Origin: Mobula hypostoma
Taxonomy: Eukaryota
Reading direction: 5' to 3'
NCBI RefSeq assembly: GCF_963921235.1
Contig: NC_086097.1
Coordinates: forward strand, 81,222,001 to 81,286,000
Length of the DNA: 64,000 nt
Shown piece after piece: positions 25,286-36,895 of the stretch (the first letter of the stretch is position 1; every line of letters begins with the position of its first letter). The position numbers were made by a program, and so were the translations under genes. The notes under the pieces were generated by a model. It was not told where the DNA came from. It saw nothing but the letters and a program-made list of their open reading frames with translations, and did no database searches.

Positions 25286-27773
25286 AAATAGGAACTGTTA
25301 TATTCCGGCTCCCTACGAGTAACACAGTATTGTTATATTTCAAGGCTGATTTTCATACCAAACTTTTGTGCTGGTTCCAAACTTCTCAGACTTTTGAGAG
25401 AGTTCTAAAGGAGAGAATGACAACCACCCACTCAGTGACAAAAACAGAAAGTGCTAGCAATGCCGAGCAGATCAGACAACATTTATGCAGGAAGGAACAG
25501 TTAACCTTTCAGCTTAATAACCCTTCATCAGATTTCATTGATAGCTGTAAGTGGGAAAGAAAGCTGAGCAAGGGTTCTCGTTTTCAGATTTCCAGCACTT
25601 ACCGACTTTTGCTTTTCAATTAATGTTAAATCAGTGAGTAGCTTCTGTACTCGCTAAAAGAAAGCATCTGAAGTACTGCTCTAAGGACCGAAGGTTAAGG
25701 TTACACTATCGTAAAATCAAGCACCTATTTGTTGAACATGCTTTTTGTGCAGTGATGAAAAATGAAAATACATGATGCACTTTTCTTTGATTGTAGAAAC
25801 CTCTGGCAAAAACAACTGCACTGGGTATAGTTGAATTTCTGGTCATTGGTGCAGGATAAACTCTTACCATTTAAATACCATTGGTTCTAGCAAGCATTGC
25901 TACCATCTATTTATAAAAATAGGACATACAATATCCCAAGTGTTTACTTAGATACACATATTTGGCCAGTGACATTACCCATGGACAATTTCGATCTTGG
26001 GAAACAGCAATGATGTTCAAATTTTAATCTGGGCAGATACTGCACATGTCACTGCTCAAGAACATCAGAAGGATTCCAGATAATTATCGTTATTTGCAAA
26101 CTAATGAAATCAATTACAGGTCGGCAAATTACGTTAGCTTCAGAATAGAAACTGCATTACTCTTTTCGAGTTACATTAAAGCGGACTTATGGACCACTCT
26201 TTGGCCACTTGAGCAAATTGCAATTGAATCTGTTGATACCTTTCCAATTTCAAATATACACTGTCAATTTCAATGTGGCATTCCGCACTCCGAGTTCCAA
26301 CTACTTGTATTTTATGCACGAGTGCAATTTCTAAAACTGGATCTCAAAAAAAAGAAACTCCACAAAACAAAGCTTTTATTCCAGCTACTGAATGAACGGG
26401 AAGAAGGGTGGGATTGAGCACCTCGGAGGCTAGAAAAACCCTCACATACTGGTGAAAACTAATACCTAATGGAGGCATGTCCTTTGCGTGAAGGGGCCAC
26501 AGAAAATCTCTAGGGTTAAAGCAATCATTATTGCCAGGTAGATGCCTGGAAGGAAACTGTTAAAATAAAAACAGAAGAACATTCTATAAATATCTACAAG
26601 ATAGGCAAATGCAAATAGTGGTAGTTATGCCTTCACCAAGAATGCGTAATTAATTCATGGTAATTCAGACCTAAATTGATCGGTAATTTTGAGCCAACAT
26701 TCACGAACATTTCTAAACACAGAAGCTGCAGCAAGCCACATTCCAGTGCTGAACTTTTCAAACAGGTTGTAAGCTGGTTGGGAAATTTCGAAGGATTTGA
26801 TTTACGTAAACACAAGCTAAAATTCCTATCACCTGCATTGTGGAAAAGCTAAAGCTACAATGATCACATAGACAAGATGGTTCTCATTAGCTGGGTCTGT
26901 CCTCAACGTATTTACAAATGTAACCATCAAAGAAAAAACTTAAACACAAAATACTCTGCAGATGCTGGGTTAAGTGTTTTAGACAGTGAATAACCTCAAA
27001 TATTTATTCATCAAAGCATCTGTATGGTGTTCGCACTGCACATCAATCACTCCTGTATCTGACAAGCAGGATGGATATGCAAAATCCAAAGGACGTCTGA
27101 GATAACAGAAATGTTACACGTGTGATGTTTGGGTTGTTCATAAAGAGGAATCAGACAGACAACATGCAAGGACTATGAGCAGAACATCTTGAGTAGTTGC
27201 CTTAGTGCCTTCTAGCTTAAATCATTTAGAATTTATAAGTAATTAATATTTGGAATTAAAGGGTTGATTGCAAAGGAACTCAACACAATTGACCACCAGT
27301 GGAGAAAGTAGGTGTTCTGCACAGTTAAAGCTGCCAAGATATTAAATGCAAAGGTCTTATTAGAATATAACAGTTTGCAGTATTCTTATAAAAATGTTTG
27401 ATAATGTCTCTTAATATCGTCTGTCACATTACAAATATAGTATTAGTATACATAATATTTTGTGGTGTTTGGTAAATTTTTAATTAAATATTTCAACAAC
27501 TTCTGGATTGTATTCATTCTGTGAAGTCAAGATGATAAGTGCTGGACATCCCTGCTCTTCCTGCTCCTGGGGACTGAAGGGAAAGCAGATGGAATCTTCT
27601 TTTGGAGGATGGAATCTGTATAACCTGCTCAAGGCAAGAATGGGCAGTAAACTGAGATATGGGGATAGATCAGCAACAGCAGCCTGGAATGATCCAAGTT
27701 TACAAAGGTGAACATAAAGATCGTCTAGACTTCCCTGGGCAATGCAGTGGAGCCACAGATGGGACTGCATCTA

Positions 27774-27990
27774 CAGTACTGTGCAAAAGTTTTAGGCACA
27801 TGTATAGAGCTAGGATGCCTTAGATATTTGCATACTAGGTCTTTCCAGTTACCAACTAACACTTAATACTACTGAGCTAACACAAAGCTAAGTACTCTTA
27901 TTTCAATTAGTAATCATCTTCCTATTTTAACCAACATAGAGTATTGTGCAAAAATCTTAGGCACCCTAGCTATATATACTATATGTGTAG
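27774..27990. mobile_element. Two short palindromic MITE-like (Tc1-type end) elements
   Basis: TA|CAGTACTGTGCAAAAGTTTTAGGCAC...GTGCCTTAGATATTTGCATACT-like inverted arm (27774-27837); second partial copy GTATTGTGCAAAAATCTTAGGCACCCTAGC at 27941. Confidence 0.65.
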
Positions 27991-28389
27991 TATTATATAT
28001 CACAGGTCACAGATCTGAGCTAGACAAAGAATGGACTTATGAGCATTGGCTCTTTACAAATTTGCTTCTGAGGAAACAAGAATCCATAAAGCCAGCTGTT
28101 CTATGATCAAATAAGAACTGTTAAGAACTTACAAAGTTCATCATTTCACTGCAGGTGCATTTTGCATATGGCACAAAAGTTGGAGGGATTCAGGGGTTCA
28201 GATGGTGGTGATCTGTGTAAAAAATTGCTCTGGACGACAAGGCAAGTGGAGTGGAGATTGTGATGAAATGCTTAACTTCGCTTCCTCTCCAAACGGTATG
28301 TTATTTTTGTAATGTGACATTTGTAACACCAAGCATAACCCCTTATTTATGCACTTAGAACAGTATAGTGCTTATAGAAGTACCTAGAA

Positions 28390-28489
28390 CAGAGCTATTT
28401 ATTGATTACAGCTCAGCGTTCAACACTATCATAACCTTAGTACTAATCAACGAGTTTCAAAACCTGAATCTCTGTACTCCCCTCTGCAA
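28390..28489 (+). mobile_element. Rex1/Babar RT fragment fused to Tc1 interior
   Basis: [28 protein letters not shown]; joins Tc1 at TGCAA microhomology. Confidence 0.8.
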
Positions 28490-29402
28490 GCCTCACCCTT
28501 TTTTCTCCAAACATAACAATGGTCATTATGGCCAAACAGTTCAATTTTTGTTTTGTCAGATCAGAGGACATTTCTCCAAAAAAGTAAGATCTTTGTCCCC
28601 ATGTGCACTTGCAAACTGTAGTCTGGCTTTTTTTTATGGCAGTTTTGAAGCAGTAGCTTCTTCCTTGCTGAGAAGCCTTTCAGGTTATGTCGATATAGGA
28701 CTCATTTTACTGTAGATATAGATACTTGTCTACCTGTTTCCTCCAGCATCTTCACAAGGTCCTTTGCTGTTGTTCTGGGATTGATTTGCACTTTTCGCAC
28801 CAAAGTATGTTCATCTCTAGGAGACAGAATGCGTCTCCTTCCTGAGCGGTATGACGGCTGCGTGGTCCCATGGTGTTTATACTTGCATACTATTGTTTGT
28901 ACAGATGAACGTGGTACCTTCAGGCGTTTGGAAATTGCTCCCAAGGATGAACCAGACTTGACATCATTTTCTGACCTCAATCCGAATGAAAAATTGTGGG
29001 CAGAAATGAAAAAGTGCGTGCGAGCAAGGAGGCCTAAAAACCTGACTCAGTTACACCAGTTCCGTCTGGAGGAATGGAACAAAATTCCAGCACTTACTGT
29101 GAGAAGCTTGTGGAAGGCTACCCAAAACATTTGACCCAAGTTAAACAATTTAAAGACAATGCTACCAAATACTAACGAAGTGTATGTAAACTTCTGACCC
29201 ACTGGGAAAGTGATGAAAGAAATAAAAGCTGAAATAAATCATTCTCTCTAGTATTATTCTGACATTTCACATTCTTAAAATAAAGTAGTGATCCTAACTG
29301 ACCTAAGACAGGGTATGTTTTCTAGGATTAAATGTCAGGAATTGTGAAAAACTGAGTTTAAATGTATTTGGCTAAGGTGTATGTAAACTTCTGATTCAAC
29401 TG
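28485..29402 (-). mobile_element. Sleeping Beauty-like Tc1 derivative, copy 2 (one side deleted)
   Basis: Minus KSGSSLGAISKRLKVPRSSVQTIV.KYKHHGTTQPSYRSGRR; inverted C-terminus on plus; IR/DR ending GTGTATGTAAACTTCTGATTCAACTG|TA. Confidence 0.93.
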
Positions 29403-29449
29403 TACATGTACATTGATAATAAACTTACTTTGAATTTTTTCTTCCATTT

Positions 29450-32400
29450 TCTACACATTCCAATGCCTATTTGAGAGATTCTTGAATACCTTGATCAAAT
29501 ATGCTCCACCACCACCCCAGGTAGGGCATTCCAAGCACCGATGACTCACTACCCCGTGCATCTTCTTTGACATTACCTAATCTCAACTTCAATTCGTGTC
29601 CACTGGTATTAGACACATCGACCCTGGGAAAAACATCCTGGTCGTCTACTCTATCTGCCTCTCATAACCTAATAAATATCTATCAGATCTTCCAATCAGC
29701 CTCCACCATTCGAAAGAAAACAAACCTAGTTTGTCCAACCACACCTCATAGCATGTGCCCTCTGATCCAGGCAGCATCCTGATAAACCTTTTCTGTACCC
29801 TTACAAAAGCATTGACATCCTTCCCATAATGGGGTGACTGGAACTAAATGCAATATCCCAGATGCAGCTTAACAAGTATTTTATAAAGCTGCAAAGTAAC
29901 TACCTGACTCTTGAACTCATTTCCTCAACTAACAAGGGCAAACATGCCAATGCTTTATAAACCACCCTATCAACCTGCGTAGCCTCTTTCAGGGATTTTT
30001 GACCCCAAGATCCCTCTGCTCATCAACACTGCCTTGGGACTTAGCTTTAATAGTGTACTGATTCTTAACATTTGAGTTCTCAAAATGTAACACTTCACAT
30101 TTGGCTGATTTAAATTCCACTTGCTATTTCTCTGCCCATATCTACAAGTGATCACATCCCACTGTAACCTTTGGCAACCTTCTATGCTATGCACAACACC
30201 AGCAATTGTTATAGTATCTGCAAATTTACTAAGCTACTCATTTATGTTTTTATGCAGGTTATTTCACAAAGAGCAGAGGTTACGATCTGCATCTCTGTGG
30301 AACACCACAAGTTACAGACTTCCAATCAGAATATATCTCATTTACTTCTATATGTAGGCCAATTCTGAATCCAAACGGTGAATTCAAAAAACACTCTGTG
30401 GCTACTTTATTGGATACACCTCTCATCAATGTAAATATCTAATCTGCCAATCATGTGACAGCAATTCAATGCATAAAAGCATGCAGACATGACCAAGAGG
30501 TTCAGTTGTTGTTCAGACTAAACATCACAATTGGAGAAGAAATGTGATTCAGTGACTTTGACCATGGAATGATCATTGGTTCCAGTTGGAGTGGTTTGGG
30601 TATCTCAGAAACTGCTGATCTCCTGGGATTTTCATACATGACAGCCTCTTGAGTTTACAGAGAATAGTGAGAAACAAAAACTATCCAGAGAGCAGCAGTT
30701 CTGTGGACAAAGGTGTCCTGTAAATGCAAGAGGTCAGAGGAAAATGGCCAGACTGGTTTAAGCTGACAGGAAGTAACTCAATTAACTACATGTTAAACAG
30801 TGGTGTGCAGAAAAGCATCTTTGAATACACAACATGTTGAACGTTGAGGCAGACGGACTACAGCAGCAGAGGACCACACCGGATTCCACTCCTGTATCTA
30901 ATAATGTAGCCACTGAGTGTGCAGGGCATGCATCTTAATCTTCTGGATGGGCCTCTCATAAGGGACCTCATCAAACACATTACTAAAATCCACAAAGACA
31001 ACATTCACAGCTCTATCTTCATCAGGCAACTTCCTCATCTTCTCAAAAAACTCATTCAAGTTATTAAGACTTGACTCGTTACACAAAGCCAAGCTGACTG
31101 GTTCTAATTAGCCACGGTTTTCAAAATGCACACAAATCCTATCCCTAGGAATCCTTTCCCATAACATCCCTACTGCTAACACAATACTAACTAGTTTATT
31201 GATTTCAGGATTACCTCTGCTTCCCTTCTTGAATAATGGAACTGTATCAGCTATCACCAGTATTCTGGGACCATGCCTGTGGTTAGGGAGGGCATGAAGA
31301 TATTGGTCAAGGCCCTAGCAATCTCATCTCTTGCCTCTCTAAACAGCTTGTGTATATTCCATCAGGTCTTAGGCACTTGGCCATCTGGTTATGTGACCCC
31401 ACACTATATCTCAAAATTCTCAAGCAAATGAGCATGCTCTAATACTAATCTCCATCCTCCACTACTTTTTCCTTTGTAAATATTGATGCAAAGTATTAAT
31501 TTAAGACTTCATCCACATCCTCCACCTCCAAGCACATGTCCCCTTCTTTATCCTGAAGTGGTCCAACCCACGCTCTAGTTATCCTCTTGCTCTTCATATA
31601 TGTATACAATACTTTGGGATTCTCTATAATCATTTTTGCCAAGGACTGTTCATGGTCCCTCCTGTTTTCCCCAATTCCTTTCTTGAATTCTTTTTTTGCT
31701 TCTTTATAATCCACAAGGGCTTTATTTGACCGTAGCTTCCCAAACCCTTACTTGAATTTCTTTGTACCTCTTGATTAAATTCACTACCTTTATCAACATC
31801 CATGGTTCACTCACCTTGCCATCCTTGTTCTTTCTTCTTACTGCAACATATTAGTCAATTACTTTGTGCAAATAGTCTTTAAAAATCTCCACATCAGATT
31901 TGGACTTGCCCAAAAACAAATGTTTCCAGTTAACTCTCCCTGGTTCCTGCCTAATACTCTTGTAATTTGTCCTGCTCTAATTTAATACTCTCCTGCAACA
32001 TCCATATTTATACTTATCTATAGCAACCATTAAACTTAGGGAGTTGTAATCACTGTTCTCACACTGAAGAATCAATTACCTGGCCAGGTTTATTCCCCAA
32101 CACCACATTCAGTATGACTCTTTGTCTTGTTAGACTAGCTACATATTGATTTACGAAATCCTCCTGGATCCACCTAACAAATCCTGTTGCATTTAAACCT
32201 CTTGCACTAAGTTTATAATAGGGAAATTGAAGACACTCATGACAACAACCCTAATCTGCCTGCATATCTATTCATCAATGCCCCAGTGGCTATTGGAGAG
32301 TCTGCAGTATAATCCCATCAGATTTATTATTTTTGTGTTCTACCCACACAGACTCAAAGGATGAGCCCTTCATTATATCCTCCTCTGAGTGTAGCTGTGA

Positions 32401-32900
32401 TACCTTATTAATAATGCAACTATTCACCCCTCACCCGACTTCTCCCTCCACCTCACCTTTTCTTAAACATCAAAATCCTGGAACATTAAGCACCCATTCC
32501 TGTCCTTCTCTCAAACAAATCTCTGTTTTGGCCAGAACAGCATAGCTCCATATACTGCTACATGATCTGTTTTCATCAGCCTTACCCATAATGCTTCTAG
32601 CATTAAAATACTTTAATCCATATGTCCCATTGTCTCTATTGCCTTGCTCCTGCCTTCCTTTACTGGTCATGTCACTATCTTACTCTTGATTGCTCCATTT
32701 TCTGACCTGTACTCCAGCTCCTATTCCCCTGCCAAATTAATTTAAACAACACCAACACCCCTCTATCCCACCCAAGTAGCACTAGTGAATCTCTGGGCCA
32801 GAATCAGGGTGCAATCCATCCCTCTTATACAACTTGCCTTTGTCCCAGAAGAGGTTCTATTGATCCAAGTCTGAAACCCTGCCCCATGCACCAATTCCAC
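29450..32900 (-). mobile_element. Old, long CR1 LINE (ORF1 end through 3' region), degenerate
   Basis: LKYFNARSIMGKADE (APE start), ENPKVLYTY, VDFSNVFDEVP, LNEFFE; ORF1 end at ~32740. Confidence 0.85.
30392..30919 (+). mobile_element. Non-autonomous Tc1-like element inserted in CR1
   Basis: TIRs CACTCTGTGGCTACTTTATT / AATAATGTAGCCACTGAGTG; decayed N-terminal HTH SDFDHGMIIG...ISETADLLGFS. Confidence 0.85.
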
Positions 32901-33489
32901 TGTTTCAGAATATTTCACTGTCGTGTTGAATGCTGCTCTAAATGATAAAGAACACATTATTCTCCTGACCCAGATGAAGCTACGTTCTTTCAGGTATAAT
33001 TTAATTTGTGAGTTTTTGACCCAGGATAACCTCTTTGCAATTAGCTAGCATGGGTATCAATTAAACAAACACATAAAATACTTCAGTTAGTTACAACTGT
33101 TTAATTGTTCTTCCATTTGATGGATGGAACCTTCAAGGTCACAAAGCCTAATTGTAGCTGAGAAAACAGAGCATCAACTCAAGAATTTAATTGTTATTTG
33201 ATCAAGGAATGATGCAGAATGGTGCAATGTACCACAGGCATCAGTTTTAGACTCAAATTAGAAATACTTTGCATGAAATGCCTGACTTTCATCCTCCCTT
33301 TGACAATTGCTTCACCACAGTAATAAGAGTGCAGTGAACGTAATGCGTGCACACGGATCTTTTATCCAAGTAAATGACAAATCCCTGTGGTGATGTTCAC
33401 ATTAAGTCAAGATTTAAGGACAGAATGATTGCAGCATGTAAATGTAATCAAAGTGAATTTCCCAGAAACTTGAATCATTTAAGGGATAG

Positions 33490-34092
33490 TCAACATGGCT
33501 TCATTCCTGATAGCTTTTGAAGGAGGTTACCAAGAAAGTTGATGAAGGCCAGTCCTGATGAAGGGTCTCAGCCCAAAACATTGACTGCACTCTTTTCCAT
33601 AGATGCTGCCTGGTCTGCTGAGTTCCTCCATCATTTTGTGTGTGTTGCTTGGATTTCCAGTATCTGAAGATTTTTTTTCTTGTTTGAGGAGGCAGTAGAT
33701 GTTGTCCACATGGAATTTAGCAAGGCCTTTGACAAATTCCCACATGTGAGATTGGGCTAGAAGGTTGACAAAGTCCAGAGGGCATTCAAGATGAGGTAGT
33801 AAAGTGGATTGAACTTTGGCATTGCGAGAAAAGCCAGAGAGTGGTAGTAGATGGTTGCCTCTCTGACTGGAGACCTGTGACTAGTGGTGAGCTGCAGGGA
33901 TTTCTGCTGAGTCCATTGTTGTTTGTTATCGATATCAATGATCTGATGATAATGTGGTAAACTGCATCAGCAAATTTATGGTTGACATTTATGGGGGTGT
34001 AGCGGACAGTGAGGAAGGCTATCAAAGCTTGCAGCAGAATCTAACCAGCTGGAAAAATGGGCTGAAAAATGACAGATGTAATTTAATACTGT
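33490..34092 (+). mobile_element. CR1 RT fragment with inserted PLE pLTR (33550-33685)
   Basis: FEGGYQES/VDVVHMEFSKAFDK, QRVVVDGCLSDWRPVTSG; pLTR begins at CAGTCCTGATGAAGGG. Confidence 0.8.
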
Positions 34093-34528
34093 ATGCTCTA
34101 TGACTATTTCTAGAGTGTACATGCATCATATATTACAAGACTGTTTCAGTTCACAACTTTGAGGAAATTAAGGCATTAGCAAATGGCATCAGTTTTCATG
34201 CTGTACCATAATTTCATGTCTTTTTCTGCAAATCAGATGGTTTTTTTTAAAGAGTTCAAGATTCAAGAATGTTTAATGCCACTACCAGTATACTCTGGAT
34301 CCAATACAGGACTGAAACAAACACAATAAGGTAAAGAACATGAAGATGCATACATTAGGATGCTCTTTGTCGACTACAGCTCAGTACTCATTACCATTAG
34401 CCCTCAAAGCTAATCAATAACCTTTAAGACCTTGGCCTCAATACCGCCTTGTACAATTGGATCCTGGATTTCCTCATTTGCAAACCCAGTCAATTCAGAT
34501 TGGCAACAGCATTTCCTCCATGAGAACT

Positions 34529-35252
34529 CATCCTGACTGAGAAGTTACAGAACCTGGGCCCCTGAATCTCCCTCTACAATTGGACCCTTGATTTCTGAAC
34601 CGGAAGACCACAATCTGTGTGGGCTAGTGATAATATCTCCTCCTTGCTGACAATCAACACTGGTGCACCTCAGGGGTGTGTGCTTAGCCCACTGCTCTAC
34701 TCTCTCTATACTGTGTGTCTAGGCACAGCTCAAATACCATCTTGAAATTTGCTAATGATACAACCATCGTTGCTAGGATCTCAGATGGAGATGAGAGGGC
34801 GTACAGGAGCGAGATATGCCAACTAGTGGAGTGGTGTCACCGCAACAACCTTGCACTCAACGTCAGTAAGACGAAAGAGCTAATGTGGACTTCAGGAAGG
34901 GTAAGACAAAGGAACGCACACCAATCTCATAGAGGCATCAGAAGTGGAGAGAGTGGGCAGTTTCAAGTTTCTGGGTGTGCAAGATCTCTGAGAACCTAAC
35001 CTAGTCCCAACATATTGATGTAGTTATAAAGAAGGCAAGGCAGCGACCATACTTCATTAGCTGTTTGAAAAGATTTGGTATGTCAACAAATTTCTGTTTT
35101 TGCACGATTTTCAATCTATTCAATATACGTATTGTGTAATTTATTTATTATTATTTTTCTTCTTCTTCTATATTTTGTATTGCATTGAACTGCTGCTCTA
35201 AGTTAACAAATTTCAGAACTCATGTTGGTGATAATAAACCTGATTCTGATTC
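34529..35252 (+). mobile_element. Rex1/Babar LINE (copy B), sense insertion into copy A
   Basis: [35 protein letters not shown]; own tail AATAAACCTGATTCTGATTC. Confidence 0.8.
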
Positions 35253-35754
35253 GCATTAGACCAGGTGCACCTCAAGTCTGTGTGCTTAGCCCACTGCTCT
35301 ACTCATTTTAAACTTATGACTGTGAGGCAAAGCAGAGCTCCAATGCCAATTTCAAGTTTGCTGATGGCACCACTGCCCTAGGCCAAATCAAAAGTGATGA
35401 AGAATCAGCATATAAGGAAGGAGATTGAAAATCTGGCTGAGTTGCATCGTAACAAAAACCTCTCACTCAATATCAGCAAGCCAACGAAATGATTACAGAT
35501 TTCAGGAAAGGGCAACCGGAGGTCCATGAGCCAGTCCTCACAGGAAAATCAGAGGAGGAGAAGATGAGCAACTTTAAATTCCCGGGTGTTACTATTTCCG
35601 AGGATTTGTCTTGGCCCAGCAAGTAAGAGAAATTACGAAGAAAGCACTGCAGTGCCTCTACTTCCTTAGGAGTTTGTGGAGATTCGGCATGACATCTAAA
35701 ACCTTGACAAACTTCTATACATGTGTAGTGGTGAGTATATTGACTGGCTGCACC

Positions 35755-36524
35755 AGAATCAGGTTTATCATCACTGGCGTGTGTAGTGAAATTTGTTTAC
35801 TTAACAGCAGCACTACAATGCATTACATGATAATATAGAAAGAAAACTAAATAAGTAAATCAATTTCAGTAAGTATATATGTATATTGAAAAGATTAAAA
35901 ATTGTGCAAATACAGAAATAACATATATTATAAATAAGTGAGGCAGTGTTCATGGATTCAATATCCATCCAGAAATCGTATGGCAGAGGGGAAGAAGCTG
36001 TTCCTGAATCGCTGAGTGTGTGCCTTCAGGCTTCTGTACGTCCTTTCTGGAAATAACAATGAGAAGAGGGTGTGCCCTGGGTGGTGGGTTCCTTAATAAT
36101 GGGCATCGCCTTCCTGCGGCACCACTCCTTGAAGGTGTCTTGGGTACTACGGAGGCTAGGACCCAAGATGAAGCTGACTAATATTACAACCTTCTATAGC
36201 TTCTTTTGGTCCTGTGCAGTAGCCACTCCCCCTCCCCCTTCCATACCAGATGGTGATGCAGCCTGTCAGAATGCTCTCCACGGTACCTCTACAGATGTTC
36301 TTGAGTGTTCTGGTTGACAAACCAAATCTCTTCAAACTTGTAATGAAATATATTCATTGTCTTCACTTCTTTATAGCTGCATTGATGTGTTGGGGCCAGG
36401 TTAAATCCTCAGAGATCTTGACATCAAGGAACTTGAAATTGCTCACTCTCTCCACTTCTGATCCCTCTATGAGGATTGGTATGTGTTCCCTCATCTTACC
36501 CTTCCTGAAGTCCACAATCAGCTC
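35755..36524 (-). mobile_element. Rex1/Babar LINE (copy C), antisense insertion into copy A
   Basis: Tail AGAATCAGGTTTATCATC; minus-strand ELIVDFRKG, NFKFLDVKISEDL.W. Confidence 0.8.
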
Positions 36525-36895
36525 ACAGCCTGATATGGAAATACCAATGCCCTTGGACAGAAAATCCTACAAGAAGTAGTGGATTCAGCCCAGTGCTTCA
36601 CAGATAAATAGCTCCCAACCACTGAGCACATCTACATGAAACACTGTTATAGGAAAGCAGCATCCATCATCAGGGATCTCCCCCACCCACGTCATAATCT
36701 CCTCTCACTCTTGCCATCAGAAAGAAGGTACAAAGGCCTCAGGACTCACACCACCAGTTTCAGGAAGAGTTACTACACCTCAACCATTAGGACTCTTGAA
36801 TAAAAGGGGATAACTTTACTCAACTTCACTTACACCATCATTGAAATATTCCCACAAACAATGAACTTACTATTTCATGTTCTAAATATTTATTG

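Noticed and set aside
26046..26417. 123-aa ORF as a host gene
   Set aside because: No recognisable homology or exon structure; treated as candidate non-coding sequence.
26466..26556. Possible minus-strand exon with a strong polypyrimidine acceptor
   Set aside because: Weak donor, and none of the translations resembles a protein I know.
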